Source: Lingula anatina (lineage: Eukaryota; Animalia; Brachiopoda). From it: 64,000 nucleotides of DNA. The translations under genes and the position numbers were made by a program. This document shows positions 30,301 to 40,382 of this stretch, in pieces; within the stretch, counting starts at the first letter, position 1; every line of letters begins with the position of its first letter. The stretch spans positions 21,576,001-21,640,000 of the forward strand of contig CM120640.1 of assembly GCA_051362555.1 (NCBI GenBank), written 5' to 3'. The notes under the pieces are model-generated. The model was not told where the DNA came from. It was given only the letters and a program-made list of their open reading frames with translations, and ran no database searches.

Positions 30301-32829
30301 TTTTCTTTCTTTTTACAGGACAAAAAAGATGATGAGCGACCCCACCCGGACATGGACTTCACTCTTGGATCCAATCTAAGGTTAGTAAATTTCATTTTTT
30401 GGGTTGGTGGGATAAGTAAATTATAAAAATCTAATCTCGTTTTTCATTTCTTTTTACAGGACAAAGAAGATGATGAGCGACCCCAGTCGGACATGGACTT
30501 CCCTCTTGGATCCAAGCAAAGGTTAGTAAATTTCATTTTATGGGGTGGTGGGATGGGTAAATTGACAAAATCTTATCTCGTTTTTCATTTCTTTTTACAG
30601 GACAAAGAAGATGAGCGACCCCACCTAGACATGGACTTCACTCTTGGATCCAAGCTAAGGTTAGTAAATTTCATTTTTTTAGTGTGGTAGGATGGGTATA
30701 TAGGAAAAATCTAATGTCGTTTTTAATTTCTTTTTACAGGACCAAGAAGATGATGAGCGACCCCAGCCGGACATGGACTTCACTCTTGGATCCAAGCAAA
30801 GGTAAGTAAATTTCATTTTTTTAGAGTGGTGGGTTGGGTATATAGGAAAAATCTAATGTCGTTTTTAATTTCTTTTTACAGGACAAAGAAGATGATGAGC
30901 AACCCCACCCAGACATGGACTTCACTCTTGGATCCAAGCAAAGGTTAGTAAATTTCATTTCATGGGGTGGTGGGATGGGTAAATTGACAAAATCTAATCT
31001 CATTTTTCATTACTTTTTACAGGACAAAGAAGATGATGAGCGACTCCAGCCGGACATGGACTTCACTCTTGGATCCAAGCTAAGGTTAGTAAATTTCATT
31101 TTTTTTCAGGGTGGTGGGATGGGAAAATTGAAAAAATCTAATCTGGTTTTTCATTTCTCTTTACAGGACCAAGAAGATGATGAGCGACCCCAGCCGGACA
31201 TGGACTTCACTCTTGGATCCAATCTAAGGTTAGTAAATTTCATTTTTTGGGTTGGTGGGAAAAGTAAATTGTAAAAATCTAATCTCGTTTTTCTTTCTTT
31301 TTACAGGACAAAAAAGATGATGAGCGACCCCACCCGGACATGGACTTCACTCTTGGATCCAATCTAAGGTTAGTAAATTTCATTTTTTGGGTTGGTGGGA
31401 TAAGTAAATTATAAAAATCTAATCTCGTTTTTCATTTCTTTTTACAGGACAAAGAAGATGATGAGCGACCCCAGTCGGACATGGACTTCCCTCTTGGATC
31501 CAAGCAAAGGTTAGTAAATTTCATTTTATGTGGTGGTGGGATGGGTAAATTGACAAAATCTTATCTCATTTTTCATTTCTTTTTACAGGACAAAGAAGAT
31601 GATGAGCGACCCCTCCCAGACATGGACTTCACTCTTGGATCCAAGCTAAGGTTAGTATTTTTTTGGAATAGTGGGAAGGGTAAATTGAAAGAAACTATTC
31701 TCGTTTTTCATTTCTTTTTAGAGGACAAAGAAGAAGAAGAGCGACCCCACCCAGACATGGACTTCACTCTTGGATCCAATCTAAGGTTAGTAAATTTCAT
31801 TTTTTGGGTTGGTGGGATAAGTAAATTGTAAAAATCCAATCTCATTTTTCATTTCTTTTTACATGACCAAGAAGATGATGAGCGACCCCAGCCGGACATG
31901 GACTTCACTCTTGGATCCAATCTAAGGTTAGTAAATTTCATTTTTTGGGTTGGTGGGATAAGTAAATTGTAAAAATCTAATCTTATTTTTCATTTCTTTT
32001 TACAGGACAAAGAAGATGATGAGCGACTCCAGCCCGACATGGACTTCACTCTTGGATCCAAGCAAAGGTTAGTAAATTTCATTTTTTCAGGGTGGTGGGA
32101 TGGGAAAATTGAAAAAATCTAATCTGGTTTTTCATTTCTCTTTACAGGACCAAGAAGATGATGAGCGACCCCAGCCGGACATGGACTTCACTCTTGGATC
32201 CAATCTAAGGTTAGTAAATTTCATTTTTTGGGTTGGTGGGAAAAGTAAATTGTAAAAATCTAATCACGTTTTTCTTTCTTTTTACAGGACAAAAAAGATG
32301 ATGAGGGACCCCACCCGGACATGGACTTCACTCTTGGATCCAATCTAAGGTTAGTAAATTTCATTTTTTGGGTTGGTGGGATAAGTAAATTGTAAAAATC
32401 TAATCTCGTTTTTCTTTCTTTTTACAGGACAAAAAAGATGATGAGCGACCCCACCCGGACATGGACTTCACTCTTGGATCCAATCTAAGGTTAGTAAATT
32501 TCATTTTTTGGGTTGGTGGGATAAGTAAATTATAAAAATCTAATCTCGTTTTTCATTTCTTTTTACAGGACAAAGAAGATGATGAGCGACCCCAGTCGGA
32601 CATGGACTTCCCTCTTGGATCCAAGCAAAGGTTAGTAAATTTCATTTTATGGGGTGGTGGGATGGGTAAATTGACAAAATCTTATCTCGTTTTTCATTTC
32701 TTTTTACAGGACAAAGAAGATGAGCGACCCCACCTAGACATGGACTTCACTCTTGGATCCAAGCTAAGGTTAGTAAATTTCATTTTTTTAGTGTGGTAGG
32801 ATGGGTAAATTGAAACAATCTAATCTGGT

Positions 32830-34240
32830 TTTTCATTTCTTTTTACAGGACAAAGAAGATGAGCGACCCCACCTAGACATGGACTTCACTCTTGGATCCA
32901 ATCTAAGGTTAGTAAATTTCATTTTTTGGGTTGGTGGGATAAGTACAATGTAAATTGTAAAAATCCAATCTCATTTTTCATTTCTTTTTACAGGACAAAG
33001 AAGATGATCAGCGACCCCACCCGGACATGGACTTCACTTTTGGATCCAAGCTAAGGTTAGTAAATTTCATTTTTTTAGTGTGGTAGGATGGGTAAATTGA
33101 AACAATCTAATCTGGTTATTCATTTCTTTTTACAGGACAAAGAAGATGATGAGCGACCCCACCCGGACATGGACCTCACTGTTGGATCCAAGCAAAGGTT
33201 AGTAAATTTAATTTTATGGGGTGGTGGGATGGGTAAATTGATAAAATCTAATCTCATTTTTCATTTCTTTTTACAGGACCAAGAAGATAATGAGCTATCC
33301 CAGTCGGACATGGACTTCACTCTTGGATCCAAGCAAAGGTTAGTAAATTTCATGTTTTTTAGGGTGGTGGGATGGGTAAATTGAAAAAATCTAATCTGGT
33401 TTTTCATTTCTTTTTACAGGACAAAGAAGATGATGAGCGACCCCACCCAGACATGGACTTCACTCTTGGATCCAAGCTAAGGTTAGTAAATTTCATTTTA
33501 TGGGGTGGTGGGATGGGTAAATTGACAAAATCTTATCTCGTTTTTCATTTCTTTTTACAGGACAAAGAAGATGAGCGACCCCACCTAGACATGGACTTCA
33601 CTCTTGGATCCAATCTAAGGTTAGTAAATTTCATTTTTTGGGTTGGTGGGATAAGTACAATGTAAATTGTAAAAATCCAATCTCATTTTTCATTTCTTTT
33701 TACAGGACAAAGAAGATGATCAGCGACCCCACCCGGACATGGACTTCACTTTTGGATCCAAGCTAAGGTTAGTAAATTTCATTTTTTTAGTGTGGTAGGA
33801 TGGGTAAATTGAAACAATCTAATCTGGTTATTCATTTCTTTTTACAGGACAAAGAAGATGATGAGCGACCCCACCCGGACATGGACCTCACTGTTGGATC
33901 CAAGCAAAGGTTAGTAAATTTAATTTTATGGGGTGGTGGGATGGGTAAATTGATAAAATCTAATCTCATTTTTCATTTCTTTTTACAGGACCAAGAAGAT
34001 AATGAGCTATCCCAGTCGGACATGGACTTCACTCTTGGATCCAAGCAAAGGTTAGTAAATTTCATGTTTTTTAGGGTGGTGGGATGGGTAAATTGAAAAA
34101 ATCTAATCTGGTTTTTCATTTCTTTTTACAGGACAAAGAAGATGATGAGCGACCCCACCCAGACATGGACTTCACTCTTGGATCCAAGCTAAGGTTAGTA
34201 AATTTCATTTTATGGGGTGGTGGGATGGGTAAATTGACAA
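32830..34240 (+). repeat. Higher-order repeat, 5 monomers (712 bp) x2
   Basis: A diagnostic insertion AAGTACAATGTAAATT occurs at 32941 and 33653, and identical ORFs start at 33088 and 33800. Confidence 0.9.
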
Positions 34241-34751
34241 AATCTAATCTCATTTTTCATTTCTTTTTACAGGACAAAGAAGATGATGAGCGACCCCACC
34301 CGGACATGGTCTTTACTTTTGGATCCAAGCTAAGGTTAGTAAATTTCATTTTTTTAGTGTGGTAGGATGGGTAAATTGAAACAATCTAATCTGGTTTTTC
34401 ATTTCTTTTTACAGGACCAAGAAGATGATGAGCGACCCCACGTAGACATGGACTTCACCCCTGGATCCAAGCTAATGTAAGTAAATGTCATTTTTTTAGG
34501 GTGGTGGGATGGGTAAATAGGAAAAATCTTATCTCGTTTTTCATTTCTTTTTACAGGACAAAGAAGATGATGAGCGACCCCACCCAGACATGGACTTCAC
34601 TCTTGGATCCAAGCTTAGGTTAGTAAATTTCATTTCTTTTGGGGTGGTGGGATGGGTAAATAGAAAAAATCTAATTTCGTTTTTCATTTCTTTTTACAGG
34701 TTAAAGAAGATGATGAGTGACCCCACCTGGACATGGACTTTTTGATGCAAT

Positions 34752-34757
34752 AATAAA
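34752..34757 (+). promoter_or_regulatory. Candidate polyadenylation signal AATAAA directly after the last, donor-less satellite exon
   Basis: The last acceptor AG is at 34698-34699 and the truncated exon spans 34700-34740, followed by AATAAA. The hexamer is common in AT-rich DNA, so this is weak on its own. Confidence 0.3.
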
Positions 34758-36478
34758 TAATGCTGTTAATCAACACTGAATTGTAATCATGAACAACAGA
34801 TAACATGGTCAATAACAGGAGGGAACAGGAGAGATATTTTCTGACAATATTCCAAATTATCTTTGTTGATCTATCCTCTGTTTTTGATGGTTTTCCAACA
34901 GAAAAAAATAGTTACCCGTCAATGTAAAATCTGACCGTCTTCCAGAAGGCTCAATCTGCCCCTGCAATAAGATTACAGTTTCAGGGCCATGAGAGTTCAA
35001 ATTCACATAATGAAAATCACAATATTAAAAAATGATGACAGTGCATAAAATAATACTACATAATGTTTAAAGACATAAATACCAATACAATTGCTCATGT
35101 GGAAATACAGAAAATGTGCAGAGGTTCAAATGGATGGGTGTTAAAAGTGACATCTTGAAAATGCCAGTGTTTAAAAATAAATAAATAAAAAAAACAAGAA
35201 AAATATTCCAACATTTATTCAAACTTTCAATCTTGCTGTATTAACATGATATGAATAACCCCATTGTGTTTGAGGATAGATAAGGTACTGTTATTCATCT
35301 ATAGCATTAATGTTGGCATTACACAAAATAATTTTCTTTGAAAACTTATTTGCAATATTAAACAATATTTACCTGCATTATTATCACCGCTTCCTTATAA
35401 TGGACACTTATCTGGCAGAGAACTCAACCTATGGGAGTTTACAGTATCAACAAATGTGTTTTACGTAATCTCATTTAATGGCCACTTGAATCTTAAAGCA
35501 ATAATAACTCTTCCTTTGAGATTCAAAATTCCGCAAGAAATACATTATAAATAACGCATGGAAATATATTCTATTGCATTTTACCACTAAAATGGCTGTT
35601 ATTGTAGTAAAACTAAAATCTGTGCTTGTCAATAGGCTTTTGATGCCTTTCTTCATGGTCGTCAAGGCATCCGTTGCTAATGACGTTAGGGTGTCACACA
35701 GATTCTCGCGTTCATTCGAGACCAAACTAACATTTGGCGCCAAACGGTTGATGCAATCCGCAGACGTAAGTAGCGAGTTTTTGTACAGTGCGTCGGATAA
35801 CGAAAAGCCCAGAATTGGACACATTGTAGATATAAATGCATTTTGAGTAATAAGACGTATATATCTTATGCATCTTATGTTATTGTTATATAGTGTTGTT
35901 GTTATCTGCTTTTCCTGCGGTTCTAGGTAGGTCACCAGAAAATATCGCTCGATATCGCGTGACTATGCAATGTCAGAGAGAGCTCTTAAGAGATTTTAAC
36001 AAAAAACCAAACGTTTAGGAAAAAAAACCTGGACTAACTTTGAATGCAGGAATGGGGTCACTGACCATTGGTTAGTACGGGAAAATTGCCCTTTACTCCA
36101 GGAAAATCCAATTTTTGGCCAAAACAAAGAGTTATTATGACTTTAATTTACTTTATAGCTCTGAACTTGTACTCAAGGGAAAATTACAAATGTGACTAGT
36201 AAAGGTCTTCAGGCCCATAAGTCACACCTTAAAAATATGCAAAAAAATAGGTCATTTTGTCAATTTTGATACAATAATAAATAATGTTTATAACAGCACA
36301 ATCAACACTTAATTTAAAGGGATAATAACTCTTTGTATGAGATCTATATTCCACAATAAGACATTGTAAACAACTCATAGAAATATATTCTGTTTTACCA
36401 CAAAAATGGCAGTTATAGCTATTATTCTGATATCTGAGCTTTTCGTCGGACCACGAGACCTCCATAGATGGCTATACT

Positions 36479-36656
36479 GATGACTAGTTGCGTTTTGATG
36501 ACTAGTTGCGTTTTGATGATGACTAGTTGCGTTTTGATGACTAGTTGCGTTTTGACAACTACTAGTCGTATTTTGCCTTCTGATCTGATAACAACGACGA
36601 CTAATCGTGTTTTCATTTCGACTGTTCTGATAACGATGACGACTAATCGTGTTTTG
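36479..36656. repeat. Minisatellite, 18-bp unit GATGACTAGTTGCGTTTT (4 near-perfect copies then 3 degenerate copies)
   Basis: Directly visible. It explains the repetitive ORFs 36375-36659, 36422-36736 and 36468-36821. Confidence 0.9.
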
Positions 36657-36691
36657 CATTTTTGTATAAACCGCCGCCCATATTTACTGTC

Positions 36692-37960
36692 ATTTTTATG
36701 TACAGACACAGATGTGTCTGTACATATTGCCATCACCTGCGTCTGTCGTCGCCGTTGCTGTCGCCGTCCCTGTCGCCGTCGATGTCGCCGTCACCGTGCA
36801 CTTTCATCGTTAACACGATAAGTGGAAGACTGTTTTACTTTTTGACTTTATATTTACAGAGCTGATAAATATTCATAAAACGCAGGTCAAGTTCGAAAAT
36901 CAGCATGTTTGGGCAATTATTGTAGAAGTTATGCTGTTTTTTTCACTTTTTAGCTTATATGCAACACTGTTAACACATTTCAAGGAAAACCGATAGGCCT
37001 GTTGTCATGAAACTCACAGGAGTAATCAATATCACTAAAACGCAGGTCAAGTTCGAAAATCAGCATTATCGGGCCATTATTTTAGAAGTTATGCTGTTTT
37101 TTCACATTTCCTCAGATCCAATTGTTAGGCATGTTAACAGTCTCATTTTTTAACTAATAAGATACGTAAAGGTGTTTGTTTCACATTTCCTGCATCTGTA
37201 CAACATTGTTAGTTGATTGTGTAAAAATGATGGTAAACTAATCATCATTTATTATGTAATAGAGTTTCAAATATGGAAATAAAACTCATATCATTGCAGT
37301 TTGTCAGATTCAATCATTCACGATGTTCAGCTTCTCAGAATGGAGGAAATTGGACATTTAACACTGTTCTATTGATATTTTCCCCATCTCATCAATTTTC
37401 TTTGTAGATCATATAAAAATGGCAGTAAACTGTTAATTTTGTTTCATGTAAAAAAATTGTTAAAAATGGGAAAAAAAAACATTTCAGAAGAGTGCTGTCT
37501 TGTTTACATTTTGGCATTTTCAAGGTGTGACTTTGAAGTTCCATAGACCTGAAGAATTTTGCTAGTCACATTTTCTGAATATCCATGATACTAATATTTT
37601 ATTCTTAAAAATTGATGGTCATCATGCTGTTAAACATTATGTAATATTGCATCAAAATTTGAAAAAACCCCTATTTTGGGCACTGCTCCCATGATGGCCA
37701 TTTAAGGAAAACCATGTCACTTATTTCAAGGCTTGAAACTTACAGAACTGATGAATATTCATAAAACGCAGGTCAAGTTCGAAAATCAGGATGATCAGGC
37801 CATTATTGTAGAAGTTATGCTTTTTTCTTTCACTTTTCAACATATATGCAACACTGTAAACACATTTCAAGGAAAACCGATAGGCCTGTTGTCGTGAAAC
37901 TCTCAGGAGTAATCGATCTTACTAAAACGGAGGTCAAGTTCGAAAATCGGCATGCAGCCT
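36692..37960 (+). mobile_element. Non-autonomous Helentron-associated/DINE-1-like element (left copy)
   Basis: T-run, then palindrome ATGTACAGACACA-GA-TGTGTCTGTACAT (36698-36725), then a (GTCGCC)n-type microsatellite (~36740-36795), then ~160-bp core repeats (AAAACGCAGGTCAAGTTCGAAAATC near 36877, 37037, 37763, 37923). This is the known HINE/DINE-1 layout. The right boundary is uncertain. Confidence 0.6.
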
Positions 37961-38239
37961 GAGTTGGAAAAGCAGTCTAATTGGCTTCTTTTTCTGGAAG
38001 TTATACATTTTCAAAGTGTGAACTTGAAATCTCATGGGCCTGAAGCCTTATGCTTGTTACACATTTTACTTTCATTGGTATTTCCTGTTGAGCATAATTA
38101 AAATTTGATGTTGAATTTACAGTTTAACATAATGTACTTTTGCATCAGAATTGACAGTAGCCTATTTTGTGCATAGTTATTTCCTGCTTTTTGTCTGTAC
38201 ATTTGACAGCTTTGCTGCCTTGTTAAATGATCAACTAAA

Positions 38240-39241
38240 AAAATTGTTGACATTAGAAAAATATCAATGGAACAATTTTTAAAGTCCAATTTGCTCCATT
38301 CTGAGATTCTGAACATAGTGAATGATTGAATCTGACAAACTGTAAAGATCTCATTTTTGACACTTTATTACACAATACACAATAACAGGTTTACCATCAT
38401 TTTTAAATAATCAACTAACAATATTGTTAAGATGCAGAAAATGTCAAAAGAACAACTTTGCATATCTAATTAGTTCAAAAATGAGACTGTTAACATGCCT
38501 GAGAATAAAATTTGAGGAAAACAACAACTATATACAAAGAAAGGCATATAACTTCACCAAAACTTAACTGATCAACCTTATTTTCAAAACTATCTGTATT
38601 TCAGTAACATTGATCACTCCTGTGAATTTCAAGATAATTGTCCAATCGTTTTTCCTTAAAATGCGTTATAGGTGTTGCATATATGCTGAAGTGAAAAGTG
38701 AAAGTGAAAAACACAGCAAACTTTTATAAATATGGCAAGATCATGCCAATTTTCTAACTTAACCTGCATATTATGGATATTCATCAGTTCTGTAAGTTTC
38801 AAGCCAAAAGGAAAAACAGTTTTCCACTTATCTTGTTATCGGTGTTGCATAAATACAGAAAAAAAAAGAAAAAACAGCATAACTTTTATAAAAATGGCCC
38901 GATCATCCTGATTTTAGAACTTGGCCTGCATATTATGAATATTTAACAGGTCTGTAAGTTTCAAGCCAAAAAGTAAAGCGGTTTTTCACTTATCATGTTA
39001 ACAGGGTTGCACATATGATCAAAAAAGTGAAAAAAGAGTATAACTTCCATAAGAATGGCCCGATCATGCTGATTTTCGAAATTGACCTGCATGTTATGAA
39101 TATTCATCAGTTCTGTAAGTTTAAGCCAAAAGAAAAACTTTTTTCCACTAATTATGTTATCGGTAAAGGTGCTCGGCGACGGCGACGACAGACGCAGGTG
39201 ACTGCTATATGTACAGACACATCTGTGTCTGTACAAAAAAA
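38240..39241 (-). mobile_element. Second copy of the same Helentron/DINE-1-like element, inverted
   Basis: Same palindrome TGTACAGACACA-TC-TGTGTCTGTACA at 39210-39235 next to an A-run, with GGCGAC repeats (39175-39195), reverse-complement core repeats (~38520-39160), and a reverse-complement match of ~37125-37385 at ~38250-38500. Confidence 0.6.
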
Positions 39242-40246
39242 TACTTGTGAGAACATATTTTATGCATAATTACTCTTGAAGCACAATGAACATGTCTTAA
39301 TGAATTATTTTAGATGCTTATATTTATTCTGTCTGCATTTTATTTATTGGCCTGTTGGACAATTAGATAATAATCTGTAAAAACCCAGATGATACATCAT
39401 ACTACAGCACAGCTCATAAACCATATTTTTTAAAAATTAAAGCCAAAAAATAGTTATTCACAAATCGCGTTATATTTGAAAAAAGTATAAAAGTATTTGT
39501 ATAAAAGTGCTATATCTGTTCTCCATAACCCTTTCAATAACAAAATTTGGACAACAAAAATTAGTGGTACAATGTCTCACCTGATTTTTTTTCATTTTTG
39601 CATGATGTATCATAAACGATACATACAAACTTTGACCTTAGAGTGAGATCATCAGCATGTGTGAATTAGTAAAGGTCATGACCTAAGGCAGAACAGCGTG
39701 TCCAATCGTTAATAGTGTTACATGTTGTGATCGAATTCAATAATGCTGTTCTTATCTTAAATTTATTTCGGTTGGTTTTTTTATCAATATGAATCATTTT
39801 CATCTGGAGTCACATAAATTTATCAAAAAAAATCAAAATACACTTAATTCTGTCTATTTATATCAATTGCAGTGTTAGAAAATTAGGATAATCAAGGAAA
39901 TTCATGTAAAGCTTGTTAATCAACGGAGGGAGTAAAAGAGTTTGATTCAACAGCAGGCACCTGAGCCAGCCATGTTCAATGTTATGTCTACGGCGTGAGC
40001 GTGAACACCGGTGAGGCAGGAACACCGAGGACTGCTGGCTTACCATCACACTACCCCGCACCTAAACCCTGGCCAGGAATTAACCCAGCGGAAATACATA
40101 AGCAGTGAGAATAGTGAAAACCGGTTCATATTAGCATGAGATGACCCTGCTCTAAAAGCCGCGTTTGACCTTACTCTACCACACAAGCAAGCTCAGTTAG
40201 AGGATTGCCTCTCCCTCTTCTTAACGGGATGTAATTCGTATTAACC

Positions 40247-40382
40247 ATGGCGGAATATTACCCTGGGTACCTGAGCGGATACGAAGATGACAGAAGCTTC
40301 CACGCAGAGCTCAGGGACCTCCAGCTCCCCCTCAGTATATTGCAGCTGGACCCTGCAGACAGAGCAGTCCTCAGAATTGCAG
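40247..40382 (+). CDS. shot: Spectraplakin alternative first coding exon A (MAEYY...[12 protein letters not shown], phase 1)
   Basis: Strong context ACCATGG with an in-frame upstream TAA. 45 codons +1 nt, donor CAG|[18 protein letters not shown] matches the plectin-1c/dystonin-isoform-2 motif LDPAERAV(I/L)RIA that precedes DERD. Confidence 0.9.

Larger units (their letters stand above)
220..34740 (+). repeat. Tandem satellite array, ~141-142 bp monomer, ~244 copies; each monomer has exon(62 nt)+intron(~80 nt) architecture
   Basis: Consensus: GACAAAGAAGATGATGAGCGACCCCASCCRGACATGGACTTCACTCTTGGATCCAAGCWAAG gttagtaaatttcattttttt agggtggtgggatgggtaaattgaaaaaatctaatctcgtttttcatttctttttacag, repeated head-to-tail without interruption. 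Copy number is estimated as length/141.5. Most monomers carry a BamHI site. Confidence 0.98.

Noticed and set aside
430-34365. Dozens of 60-119 aa ORFs (MDFTLGSKQRLVNF...) in the satellite
   Set aside because: They read through the repeat monomer and open or close with T-run length. They have no domain and are not independent genes.
220-34740. CRISPR-like repeat-spacer array
   Set aside because: The whole monomer is repeated with no unique spacers, there are no cas genes, and the context is eukaryotic.
35471-35935. 154-aa minus-strand ORF
   Set aside because: Non-ATG start, no recognisable motif, and it overlaps repeat fragments.
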